Source: an uncultured Solirubrobacteraceae bacterium
Lineage (GTDB): Bacteria > Actinomycetota > Thermoleophilia > Solirubrobacterales > Solirubrobacteraceae
Assembly: GCA_963839615.1 (NCBI GenBank)
Contig: CAWIVY010000008.1
Location: 535-64,534, forward strand
Length of the DNA: 64,000 nt
Direction of reading: 5' to 3'
The notes below the pieces were generated by a model. It was not told where the DNA came from. It was given only the letters and a program-made list of their open reading frames with translations, and did not search any database. The position numbers and the translations under genes are program-made. Below are positions 46,615-58,586 of this stretch, in pieces (position 1 is the stretch's first letter; every line of letters starts with the position of its first letter).

Positions 46615-47223
46615 ATGGTGAAGTACGACGAGTTCGAGCACGGGTTCTCCTGGTTCCCCGGGGGGACGCTGACGCGCACCGCCCACGCGCTCGATACGGG
46701 GGAAGGCGTGTGGATCATCGATCCGGTCGACGTGTCCGAGGCGCTCGACCGCGCGGCAGCGCTCGGCGCTCCGGCGGGCGTGCTCCAGCTGCTCGACCGC
46801 CACGACCGCGACTGCGCCGCGATCGCCGCGCGGCTCGGGGTGCCGCACTTGCGCCTGCCCACGGCCGTCCCCCGCAGCCCGTTCGAGGTAGTGCCCGTGC
46901 TCAAGCTCCCGGGCTGGCACGAGATCGCCCTCTGGTGGCCAGAGGCGCGGGTGCTCGTCGTCGCCGAGATGATCGGGACGAACTCGACGTACACGCTCAG
47001 CGGCGGCCCCGCGGGCGTGCACGCGCTGCTGCGGCTGGCGCCGCCGGGCGCGTTGCGCCGCTACGAGCCGGAGCACCTGCTCGTCGGCCATGGCCGTGGC
47101 GTTCACGGCCCAGCCGCGGCGACCGCGCTCGCGGACGCCTACGCACAGTCGCGCACGGACCTGCCACGGCTCGCCACCATGCTGCCCAAGCTCGTGCGCG
47201 GCGCGGTGACGAGGCGCCGTTGA
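46615..47223 (+). CDS. Hypothetical protein (possibly a degenerate MBL-like fold)
   Basis: 202-aa ORF with high GC3. No confident family. Confidence 0.5.
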   Translation: MVKYDEFEHGFSWFPGGTLTRTAHALDTGEGVWIIDPVDVSEALDRAAALGAPAGVLQLLDRHDRDCAAIAARLGVPHLRLPTAVPRSPFEVVPVLKLPGWHEIALWWPEARVLVVAEMIGTNSTYTLSGGPAGVHALLRLAPPGALRRYEPEHLLVGHGRGVHGPAAATALADAYAQSRTDLPRLATMLPKLVRGAVTRRR

Positions 47224-47227
47224 GCGC

Positions 47228-48664
47228 TCAGAGCCCGGCCTCCCGCAGCGCGGCTGCCAGGCCGGCGACGGCCGCGTCCACGCCGGCCGTCGGCACGCGG
47301 CCGTAGCCGAGCACCAGCCGGGTCGGCCCGGGCGCGCCGTCCGGGGCGCGCAGGCGGTCGCCGATGTCGTCGACGACGACGCCGTGCGCGGCGGCCGCGC
47401 GGCGCAGCCGCGTCGGGTCCAGCGCGACCGGCAGCGCGAGCACGAGGTGCACGCCCGCGGCCGCGCCCTCGATCCGCCCCTCGGGGATCGCGCGCGCCAG
47501 CGCGGCTACGAGCCGGTCGCGCCGCTGCGCGTACGTGCGGCGCACGCGGCGCAGGTGACGGTCGTGCTCGCCGGTCGCGATCAGGTGCGCCAGGGCGAGC
47601 TGGTCGAGCGCGGGCGACCCCGAGTCGGCCGCCAGCTTCTCGACCGCCAGCGCCGGGGCGAGCGCCGCCGGAGCAAGGATCCAGCCCACCCGCAGCGCCG
47701 GCGCGAGGACCTTCGAGGCGGTGCCGACGTAGACGACGCGGGCGGGGTCCATACCCTGGAGCGCGGCGAGCGGCCGGCGGTCGTAGCGGAACTCCGCGTC
47801 GTAGTCGTCCTCGACGATCAGCCGGTCGCCGTCATGCGCCCAGGCGAGCAGCGCATGGCGACGCTCCGGCCCCATCACGGCGCCGGTCGGGAACTGGTGG
47901 CTGGGCGTGACGACGACGACGTCGGCATCGGCTGCCGCGAGCGCGTCGACCCGCAGGCCGTCGCCGTCGAGCGCGATCGGGACCGGCTCGAGCCCCGCGC
48001 GCAGCGCGGTGTCCCAGTGGTCGGCGAGCGACGGGTCCTCGAACGCGACGCGCCGTACGCCGCGATCCGCCAGCACCCCGAACAGGAGGCGGGTCGCCTG
48101 CAGGTAGCCCGCGCAGACGATGATCCCGCCGGGCTCCGCGGCGGTCGCGCGGACCCGGCCGAGGTAGCCCGCCAGCGCCTCGCGCAGCGCGAGGCTCCCG
48201 AACCCGCTGCCGTAGTCGAGCTCGGCGTCGGGCGCCTCCGCCGCCGCGTGCGCGACGGCGCGGGCCCACTGGCGGCGAGGGAAGAGCGAGACGTCGGGCG
48301 TGGTCGGCGTGAAGTCGAAGCGCACGACGGCACGGCGCGGGGCCTCCTCGCGCGGCGGCGCGGCGGCCGGCGCGGCGGCCACGGTCGTGCCGGCGCCGCG
48401 CCGCGCGGCGAGCCAGCCCTCGGCCGTCAGCTGCTCGTAGGCGTCGGTGACGACGCCGCGCGAGACGCCGAGCTCCGCGGCGAGCGCACGCGACGCGGGC
48501 AGGCGAACGCCGGTGCGGAGCCGGCCCGCACGGATCGCGTCGCGCAGCTCGCCGGCGAGCTGGCGCCGCAGCGGCACGGCCGATCCGTGCTCGAGCGCGA
48601 GCAGCATGCGGGGACGGGCGTCGCCGTCGCCGTCGCCGTCGCCGGCGGTCTCGTCGACTTCCAT
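47228..48664 (-). CDS. MocR/PdxR-type regulator (GntR HTH fused to a PLP aminotransferase-like domain)
   Basis: The internal ATG at 48664 (MEVDE..) is used. HTH LPASRALAAELGVSRGVVTDAYEQL followed by an AAT-fold domain. Confidence 0.85.
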   Translation of the reverse strand: MEVDETAGDGDGDGDARPRMLLALEHGSAVPLRRQLAGELRDAIRAGRLRTGVRLPASRALAAELGVSRGVVTDAYEQLTAEGWLAARRGAGTTVAAAPAAAPPREEAPRRAVVRFDFTPTTPDVSLFPRRQWARAVAHAAAEAPDAELDYGSGFGSLALREALAGYLGRVRATAAEPGGIIVCAGYLQATRLLFGVLADRGVRRVAFEDPSLADHWDTALRAGLEPVPIALDGDGLRVDALAAADADVVVVTPSHQFPTGAVMGPERRHALLAWAHDGDRLIVEDDYDAEFRYDRRPLAALQGMDPARVVYVGTASKVLAPALRVGWILAPAALAPALAVEKLAADSGSPALDQLALAHLIATGEHDRHLRRVRRTYAQRRDRLVAALARAIPEGRIEGAAAGVHLVLALPVALDPTRLRRAAAAHGVVVDDIGDRLRAPDGAPGPTRLVLGYGRVPTAGVDAAVAGLAAALREAGL

Positions 48665-48741
48665 CCGCACATGATTGGACCTGACGACAGTCCCGTCAAT
48701 GGCTCTAGACGCAGGACCACTTCGCAGCGCATCCTTCCCTG

Positions 48742-49458
48742 GTGAGCTCCCCACGCACCCGCCGCCGCACTGCGGCGCCATCCGAGCGGGTGCGCGTGCG
48801 CCGCGTGCACGAGAAGGCCTCCTACGAGCGCGACGCCGTCAAGGCGATCCTCGACGAGGCGCTGGTCGCGCACGTCGGCTTCGTGCACGACGGCCATCCG
48901 CTCGTGATCCCCACGCTGCACGCGCGGCTCGGGGAGGACGTCTACGTCCACGGCTCCTCGGCCAGCCGCACGCTGCGCACGCTCGCGACGACGGTGCCGG
49001 TCTGCATCACGGTCACGCTGCTCGACGGCATGGTGTTCGCGCGCTCGATGTTCGAGATGAGCGTGAACTACCGCTCCGTCGTCGCGGTCGGCGAGGCTCG
49101 GCCGGTGACGGACGCCGAAGAGAAGCTGCGCGCGCTCGAGGCGTTCTCCGAGCAGGTGCTGCCCGGCCGCTGGGAGCAGGCGCGCCGACCGTCGCGCAAG
49201 GAGCTCAAGGCGACCGCCGTGCTGGCGCTCTCGCTCGACGAGGCGTCGGCCAAGATCTCCACCGGCGGCCCGGACGACGGCGAGAGCGAGGATGCCGCGC
49301 TCGATGTCTGGGCCGGCCACCTGCCGCTCCGGCTCGTCGCGGGCGAGCCGGTCCCCTGCCCGCACCTGCGTCCCGGGATCGAGGTGCCCGACGACATCGC
49401 GGGCTATCAGCGGCGCCTGGAGCCGAACGGCCGGAGCGAGACGGTCACCGTCCGCTGA
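48742..49458 (+). CDS. Pyridoxamine-5'-phosphate-oxidase-family (FMN-binding split-barrel) protein
   Basis: Divergent from the MocR gene, a classic pairing. ..DGHPLVIPTLHARLGEDVYVHGS.. pattern. Confidence 0.75.
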   Translation: MSSPRTRRRTAAPSERVRVRRVHEKASYERDAVKAILDEALVAHVGFVHDGHPLVIPTLHARLGEDVYVHGSSASRTLRTLATTVPVCITVTLLDGMVFARSMFEMSVNYRSVVAVGEARPVTDAEEKLRALEAFSEQVLPGRWEQARRPSRKELKATAVLALSLDEASAKISTGGPDDGESEDAALDVWAGHLPLRLVAGEPVPCPHLRPGIEVPDDIAGYQRRLEPNGRSETVTVR

Positions 49459-49573
49459 AGGCCCTGACGCGCGACCAGAGCCAGCGCGCCAGCAGCTCCG
49501 CCCAGTCGGCGACGCCGGCCCAGAGATGACCGAGCGGGCCGGTGACCAGCCATGCCGCGAGCCGGGAGAGCAC
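49445..49573 (-). CDS. Possible 42-aa Trp-rich small protein antisense to the tig leader
   Basis: GTG start, GC3 about 90%. The N-terminal 27 aa are conserved in duplication copy B (53024..), where the ORF loses its stop. Confidence 0.25.
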   Translation of the reverse strand: MLSRLAAWLVTGPLGHLWAGVADWAELLARWLWSRVRAFSGR

Positions 49574-49600
49574 GGGGCGACGGTATCGTGAGGGCCGCCC

Positions 49601-51001
49601 ATGGCCGCCCCGACCGTCTCCACATCCGTCACCGAGCTGCCCGAGTCGCGCGTGCGCGTCGAGGCGCAGGTGCCGCCAGAGGAGGTCGAGAAGAGCATCG
49701 CGCAGGCGGCGCGCGCGCTCGGCCGCAACATGCGCGTGCCCGGCTTCCGCGCCGGCAAGGCGCCGGCGCCGGTGGTGATCAAGCGGGTCGGGCGCGATGC
49801 CGTGCTCGACGAGGCCGTGCGCGACTCGATCGGCGCCTGGTACTCGGCGGCGATCGACGCCGCCGCGATCGTCCCGGTCGGCGAGCCCCAGCTCGACATG
49901 GGCGAGCTGCCCGGCCAGGGCCAGCCGCTGACGTTCTCGATCGAGATCGGCGTCCGCCCCACGGCGAAGCTCGGCGAGTACAAGGGCCTCGAGGTCGGCA
50001 AGCGCGAGCCCGGCGCCGCCGACGAGGCCGTCGACGCCGAGGTCGAGCGGCTGCGCGAGCGCTCCGGCCGGCTCGAGACCGTCGAGCGCGCGGCGGCCGA
50101 GGGCGACTTCGTGGTGATGGACTACCTGGGCACGCTCGACGGCGAGGCGTTCGCCGGCGGCGAGGGCCGCGACCAGATGGTCGAGCTCGGCTCGGGCCGG
50201 CTCGTCCCGGGCTTCGAGGAGCAGCTCACCGGCGCGACGCGCCGGCGAGGAGCGCACGGTCAAGGTCACGTTCCCCGACGACTACGGCGCCGCGGAGCTG
50301 GCCGGCAAGGAGGCCGAGTTCGCCGTCACGGTCAAGGAGATCAAGGCCAAGGAGCTGCCCGAGCGTCGACGACGAGCTCGCCGCCGAGGCCGGCTTCGAC
50401 ACGCTCGACGAGCTGCGCGACGACATCCGCGAGCGGCTCGCCGAGGGCGAGGAGAAGCGGATCGAGGCCGAGTTCCGCGAGGCGGTGCTCGACGCCGCCG
50501 TCGCCGGCGCCGACGATCGACGTGCCCGACGCGCTGGTCGAGGCGCGCGCGCGCGAGCTGTGGGACCAGATGCTGCACTCGCTCTCCCACCAGGGGATCT
50601 CGAAGGAGATGTACCTGCAGATCTCCGGGGGCGCACGGAGGAGGACATCGTCGAGGAGGGCAAGGCCGACGCCGAGCGGCAGCTCAAGCGCGAGGCGGTG
50701 CTCGCCGCGGTGGTCGCGGCCGAGGTCGATCGAGCCGTCCGAGGAGCGAGGTCCTCGCGGCGCTCGAGGAGGCCGCGCCGTCGGAGCGCACGAGCGCCAA
50801 GAAGCTGCTCGAGCGGATGCGGTCCGCCGGCCGCCTGGACGCCTTCAAGGCCGAGCTCGCGCAGCCGCAAGGCGCTCGACCTCCTGGCCGACTCCGCGAC
50901 CGCGATCACGCGTCGAGCAGGCGCAGGCGCGAGACAAGCTCTGGACCCCCGGACAGGACGCCGAGGAGCGCTCCCGGCAGCTCTGGACTCCCGGGTCGTG
51001 A
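49601..51001 (+). pseudogene. tig: Trigger factor, copy A, disrupted by eight 1-nt indels
   Basis: The first 208 aa are about 90% identical to copy B. After that the translation alternates between sense and nonsense. Indels relative to copy B lie near 50238, 50364, 50512 (+1 each), 50635 (-1), 50726 (+1), and 50747, 50866, 50911 (+1 each). Confidence 0.8.
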
Positions 51002-51009
51002 CCCCAGTC

Positions 51010-51036
51010 TTGACGGCCCTTCCCGATTGCTAGACT
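51010..51036 (+). promoter_or_regulatory. Candidate clpP promoter (TTGACG-N15-TAGACT), copy A
   Basis: The hexamers and their spacing are conserved in copy B, whereas the flanking intergenic sequence diverges. Confidence 0.4.
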
Positions 51037-51112
51037 CGCGCCGAGACGAGCGGGCGGCGAGAGCTGCTCGCCGTGCAGGATTAGGCGCCGAACGCGAAAC
51101 GAAGCGAGGACC

Positions 51113-51697
51113 GTGAGCCCACTCGTCCCAATGGTCGTCGAACAGACCTCTCGCGGAGAGCGCGCGTTCGACATCTACACCCGGCTGCTCAGCGAGCGCA
51201 TCATCTTCCTGGGCACGCCGGTGGACGACCAGATCGCGAACCTCGTCGTGGCCCAGCTGCTGCACCTGGAGTCCGAGGATCCCGACAAGGACATCTCGCT
51301 CTACATCAACTCGCCGGGCGGCTCGGTCTACGCCGGCCTCGCGATCTACGACACGATGCAGTTCATCAAGCCGGACGTGTCGACGATCTGCGTCGGCATC
51401 GCGATGTCGATGGGCGCGCTGCTGCTCGGCGGCGGGGCGAAGGGCAAGCGCATGGCGCTGCCGAACGCGAAGATCCTGATCCACCAGGTGTCCTCCGGCT
51501 TCCAGGGCCAGGCGACCGACATCGAGATCCACGCGCGCGAGGTCATCGACCTCCGCCGGCGCCTCGACGAGATCATCGCCGAGCACTCGGGCCAGACGAT
51601 CGAGAAGGTCAGGCAGGACACCGAGCGCGACTACTTCATGTCCTCCGAGGAGGCCAAGGAGTACGGGATCATCGACCGGGTGATCTCGGAGCACTAG
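51113..51697 (+). CDS. clpP: ATP-dependent Clp protease proteolytic subunit, copy A
   Basis: 194 aa with the catalytic-Ser context [11 protein letters not shown] and His IHQ. Intact. Confidence 0.95.
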   Translation: MSPLVPMVVEQTSRGERAFDIYTRLLSERIIFLGTPVDDQIANLVVAQLLHLESEDPDKDISLYINSPGGSVYAGLAIYDTMQFIKPDVSTICVGIAMSMGALLLGGGAKGKRMALPNAKILIHQVSSGFQGQATDIEIHAREVIDLRRRLDEIIAEHSGQTIEKVRQDTERDYFMSSEEAKEYGIIDRVISEH

Positions 51698-51713
51698 GCT
51701 CGCGGAGGACTTC

Positions 51714-52984
<1,271 letters not shown>

Positions 52985-52988
<4 letters not shown>

Positions 52989-53023
52989 CTTTTTGGTGGA
53001 TGAGGGAAGGGGGGAGGTAGAGC
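52985..53023. other. 39-nt unique junction filler between duplication copies
   Basis: CTAGCTTTTTGGTGGATGAGGGAAGGGGGGAGGTAGAGC. It is almost C-free and purine/T-rich, unlike its surroundings, and has no counterpart at the outer ends of the duplication. Confidence 0.8.
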
Positions 53024-53132
53024 GCAGCTCCGCCCAGTCGGCGACGCCGGCCCAGAGATGACCGATCGGGCCGGTGACGAGCCATGCCGCTAGCCGGGAT
53101 CGCACGAGGCGACGGTATCGTGAGGGCCGCCG

Positions 53133-54527
53133 ATGGCCACCCCCACCGTCTCCACATCCGTCACCGAGCTGCCCGAGTCGCGCGTGCGCGTCGAGGCCCA
53201 GGTGCCGCCCGAGGAGGTCGAGAAGAGCATCGCGCAGGCGGCGCGGGTGCTCGGCCGCAACATGCGCGTGCCCGGCTTCCGCGCCGGCAAGGCGCCGGCC
53301 CCCGTGGTGATCAAGCGGGTGGGGCGCGATGCCGTGCTCGACGAGGCGGTGCGGGACTCGATCGGGTCCTGGTACACCGCCGCGATCGACGCCGCCGCGA
53401 TCGTCCCCGTCGGCGAGCCCGACCTCGACATGGGCGAGCTTCCCGGCCACGGCCAGCCGCTGACGTTCTCGATCGAGATCGGCGTCCGCCCGGAGGCGAA
53501 GCTCGGCGATTACAAGGGGCTCGAGGTCGGCAAGCGCGAGCCCGGCTCCTCCGACGAGGAGGTCGAGGCCGAGGTCGAGAAGGTCCGCGAGCGCGCCGGA
53601 CGGCTCGAGACCGTGGACCGCGCGGCGGCCGCGGGCGACTTCGTCGTGATGGATTACAAGGGCACCCTCGACGGCGAGGTGTTCGCCGGCGGCGAGGGCC
53701 GCGACCAGATGATCGAGCTCGGCTCCGGCCGGCTCGTGCCCGGGTTCGAGGAGCAGCTCACCGGCGCGAGCGCCGGCGAGGAGCGCACCGTGAAGGTGAC
53801 GTTCCCCGAGGACTACGGCGCCGAGGAGCTCGCCGGCAACGACGCCGAGTTCGCCGTCACGGTCAAGGAGGTCAAGGCGAAGGAGCTGCCGGCGGTCGAC
53901 GACGAGCTCGCGACCGAAGCCGGGTTCGACACGCTCGACGAGCTGCGCGAGGACATCCGCGCGCGGCTGTCCGAGGGCGAGGAGAAGCGGATCGAGGCCG
54001 AGTTCCGCGAGACCGTGCTCGACGCCGCCGTCGCCGCCGCCACGATCGACGTGCCCGAGGCGCTGGTCGAGGCGCGCTCGCGCGAGCTCTGGGACCAGAT
54101 GCTGCACTCGCTTTCGCACCAGGGGATCTCGAAGGAGATGTACCTGCAGATCGCCGGAGGACGCTCGGAGGAGGAGATCGTCGCCGAGGGCAAGTCCGAC
54201 GCCGAGCGGCAGCTCAAGCGCGAGGCCGTGCTCGCCGCCGTCGTCGCCGCCGAGGCGATCGAGCCGTCCGAGGAGGAGTTGCTCGAGGCGCTCGAGGAGG
54301 CCGCCCCGTCGGAGCGCACGAACTCCAAGAAGCTGCTCGACCGGATGCGCTCCGCCGGCCGCCTGGATGCCTTCAAGGCCGAGGTCGCGCAGCGCAAGGC
54401 GCTCGATCTCCTGACCGACTCCGCGACCGCGATCACGGTCGAGCAGGCGCAGGCTCGCGACAAGCTCTGGACCCCCGGTTCCGACGCCGAGAAGCGCACT
54501 TCGGAGCTCTGGACACCCGGGTCCTGA
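53133..54527 (+). CDS. tig: Trigger factor, copy B (intact)
   Basis: 464 aa with a ribosome-binding N-domain (..GFRAGKAP..), a PPIase-like middle and a C-terminal arm domain, all in one frame. Confidence 0.95.
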   Translation: MATPTVSTSVTELPESRVRVEAQVPPEEVEKSIAQAARVLGRNMRVPGFRAGKAPAPVVIKRVGRDAVLDEAVRDSIGSWYTAAIDAAAIVPVGEPDLDMGELPGHGQPLTFSIEIGVRPEAKLGDYKGLEVGKREPGSSDEEVEAEVEKVRERAGRLETVDRAAAAGDFVVMDYKGTLDGEVFAGGEGRDQMIELGSGRLVPGFEEQLTGASAGEERTVKVTFPEDYGAEELAGNDAEFAVTVKEVKAKELPAVDDELATEAGFDTLDELREDIRARLSEGEEKRIEAEFRETVLDAAVAAATIDVPEALVEARSRELWDQMLHSLSHQGISKEMYLQIAGGRSEEEIVAEGKSDAERQLKREAVLAAVVAAEAIEPSEEELLEALEEAAPSERTNSKKLLDRMRSAGRLDAFKAEVAQRKALDLLTDSATAITVEQAQARDKLWTPGSDAEKRTSELWTPGS

Positions 54528-54534
54528 CCCCAGT

Positions 54535-54561
54535 TTGACGGCCCCCACCGATTGCTAGACT
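54535..54561 (+). promoter_or_regulatory. Candidate clpP promoter (TTGACG-N15-TAGACT), copy B
   Basis: Same hexamers and spacing as copy A. Confidence 0.4.
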
Positions 54562-54639
54562 CGCGGCGAGACGAGCGGGCAGAGGGTTGGGGCTCGCCGT
54601 GCAGGATTCAGGCGCCGAACGCGAAACGAAGCGAGGACC

Positions 54640-55224
54640 GTGAGCCCACTCGTCCCAATGGTCGTCGAACAGACCTCTCGCGGAGAGCGTGCGTTCGACA
54701 TCTACTCCCGGCTGCTCTCGGAGCGCATCATCTTCCTCGGGACGCCGGTGGACGACCAGATCGCGAACCTCGTCGTGGCGCAGCTGCTGCACCTCGAGTC
54801 CGAGGATCCCGACAAGGACATCTCGCTCTACATCAACTCGCCCGGCGGCTCGGTCTACGCCGGCCTCGCGATCTACGACACGATGCAGTTCATCAAGCCG
54901 GACGTGTCGACGATCTGCGTCGGCATCGCGATGTCGATGGGCGCGCTGCTGCTCGGCGGCGGCGCGCACGGCAAGCGCATGGCGCTGCCGAACGCGAAGA
55001 TCCTGATCCACCAGGTCTCCTCCGGCTTCCAGGGTCAGGCGACGGACATCGAGATCCACGCGCGCGAGGTGATCGACCTCCGCCGGCGCCTCGACGAGAT
55101 CATCGCGCAACACTCAGGTCAGTCGATCGAGAAGGTCAAGACGGACACCGAGCGTGATTACTTCATGAGCTCCGAAGAAGCCAAGGAGTACGGGATCATC
55201 GACAGGGTGATCTCGGAGCACTAG
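54640..55224 (+). CDS. clpP: ATP-dependent Clp protease proteolytic subunit, copy B
   Basis: 194 aa, with 6 aa differences from copy A. Confidence 0.95.
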   Translation: MSPLVPMVVEQTSRGERAFDIYSRLLSERIIFLGTPVDDQIANLVVAQLLHLESEDPDKDISLYINSPGGSVYAGLAIYDTMQFIKPDVSTICVGIAMSMGALLLGGGAHGKRMALPNAKILIHQVSSGFQGQATDIEIHAREVIDLRRRLDEIIAQHSGQSIEKVKTDTERDYFMSSEEAKEYGIIDRVISEH

Positions 55225-55226
55225 CA

Positions 55227-56507
<1,281 letters not shown>

Positions 56508-56564
56508 CCTCGCTGGGCGGCGTGCCGCTCAAGTGCGGCGCGCACGGGGCGATCGGAATGGTTG

Positions 56565-58509
56565 ATGCCCCGTCCGGTGAAGGTCCTCGTGCTTGCGGTG
56601 ATCGCCGCTGGCGCCGCGGTGCTCGCGGCTGCCTGGTGGTGGCGGCCGGGCGGCCGCTCGAGGAACGGCGCCTTCGTCGCGCTGCTCGCCGCCGGCATCC
56701 TGCTCGCCGAGCTGTACCCGGTCCGCCTTCCGGGGATCGGGGCCGAGACGAGCTTCTCGGCCTCGTTCTCGTTCGCGCTGCTCGTCACGCACGGGACCGC
56801 GGTGGCGGTGCCCGTGACGGTCCTGTGCCTGCTGGCCGCGGATGCGATCCGGCGCCGGGCGGCCGTCAAGGTCCTCTACAACGGCGCGCAGTACGGCATC
56901 TCCTGGCTGGTGGCCGGCTCGTCTACGGCGTGCTCGCCGGTGCGCCGGGGCTCGAGGCCGCCGGGACGACGGAGTTCCTCGCGCTGGTGCCCGCCGCCGT
57001 CGTGTTCGCGGTCGTCAACACCACGCTGGCCATGCTCCCGGCGGCGCTGCTCCGGGGCGAGTCGCTCTGGCGCCGCTGTGCCGACGAGGCACCGTTCGTC
57101 GCCTTCACCACGCTCCTGCTGGTCGCGTTCGCGCCGATCGTCGTGGCCGTCGGCGGCGCGCGACCTCCTGCTCGTGCCGCTGCTCGGGCTGCCGCTCGCG
57201 GGGATCCAGCTCGGCAGCCGCCAGGCGCTGCTCGTGGAGGCGCAGGCGCGGGTCGACTCGCTCACCGGCGTCGCGTCGCGCCACGCGGTCGAGCAGGCGC
57301 TCGCGCGCCGGCTGGCCGACCGGCGGACGCGCCGGCGGTGGTCGTGCTCGACCTCGTCGGGTTCGCGGACGTCAACGACGCGCTCGGCCACCGCGCCGGC
57401 GATGCGCTGCTGTGCGCCGTCGCGGAGCGGCTGACCCGCGCGCCGGCCACGAGGAGCTCGTCGCGCGCACGGGCGGGGACACGTTCGCGGTGGTCTGCGA
57501 CGACGACCGCGCCGAGGCCGTCGTCGCCGCGGCCGCAGCGGCGCTCGAGCGGCCGGTCGCGATCGCCGGGCTCGAGATCGACGTGCGGGCCGTCGCGGGC
57601 ATCGCCGCCGCGCCCGCCGACAACGCCGGCACGCTGCTGCGCCAGGCCGACGTCGCGCTGCGCGCCGCGAAGGAGCGCCGCGCGGCTGGGTCCGCGTTCG
57701 AGCCGGCCATGACGCCGGCGCCGCCGAGCGGCTCGCCCTCGCGCCCGAGCTGCGGCGCGCGATCCCGGCCGGCGAGCTCGTGCTGCACTACCAGCCCAAG
57801 CTCGACGTCCGCACCGGACTGCCGGCCGGCGTCGAGGCGCTCGTCCGCTGGGACCGGCCGGGGCACGGGCTCGTCGCCGCCCGACGTGTTCATCGGCCTG
57901 GCCGAGCGCACGGGCCTGATCCGGAACCTCACGACGTGGGTGCTCGAGCGCGCCGTCGCCGACCAGGCGCGCTGGGCCGCGGCCGGGCACCGGATCGCCG
58001 TCGCGGTCAACCTCTCCACGCGCGCGATCGGCCGGGCGTCGTCGACGACGTCGTCCGGCTGCTCGCCGGCGGCGCCGGGAGAGCTCGAGCTGGAGATCAC
58101 CGAGTCGGCGGCGATGCACGACCTCGAGGGCAGCCTCGCCGTGCTCGAGCGCCTCGCGGCGCTCGGCGTCCGGCTCAGCGTCGACGACTTCGGCACGGGC
58201 CACTCGTCGCTCGCCTACCTGGAGCGGCTGCCGGTCGCCGCGCTGAAGATCGACCGCGCGTTCGTCGCCGGGCTCGAGCCGGGACCGCGAACCGCAGCAT
58301 CGTCGACACGACGATCGAGCTCGCCCACCGGCTCGGGCTCGAGGTCGTGGCCGAGGGCGTCGAGGACGACGCCACGCTCGCCGTCCTGCGCGCGCTGGGC
58401 TGCGACCTCGCGCAGGGCTTCGGCATCGCCCGGCCGATGCCCTCGGCCTACCGTGGCCACGTGGGCGGACGCGCTCGCCGCGGGCAGCGCCGGCAGGTCG
58501 CTGAGTTGA
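56565..58509 (+). pseudogene. Membrane-anchored GGDEF(degenerate GGDTF)-EAL signalling protein with at least 9 apparent frameshifts
   Basis: Recognisable segments hop among all three plus frames: TM region, VVLDLVGFADVNDALGHRAGD, ARTGGDTFAVV, LHYQPK, ELEITES, DDFGTGHSSLAYL, KIDRAFV, VAEGVE. Shift points lie near 56918, 57158, 57328, 57445, 57708, 57875, 58028, 58072 and 58290. Confidence 0.7.
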
Positions 58510-58586
58510 CCGCGGTATCCGCGGCGAACTCGACACCCACCTGCGCTCGCCGACTTCGCGTCGGATAGCAGAAGCCAACTCGTCGC

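Noticed and set aside
51037-51112. A ClgR-type operator in the clpP leader (CGC/GCG-rich GAACGCGAAACGAAGCG).
   Set aside because: I could not match it convincingly to the remembered ClgR consensus by eye. Only the -35/-10-like hexamers are reported.
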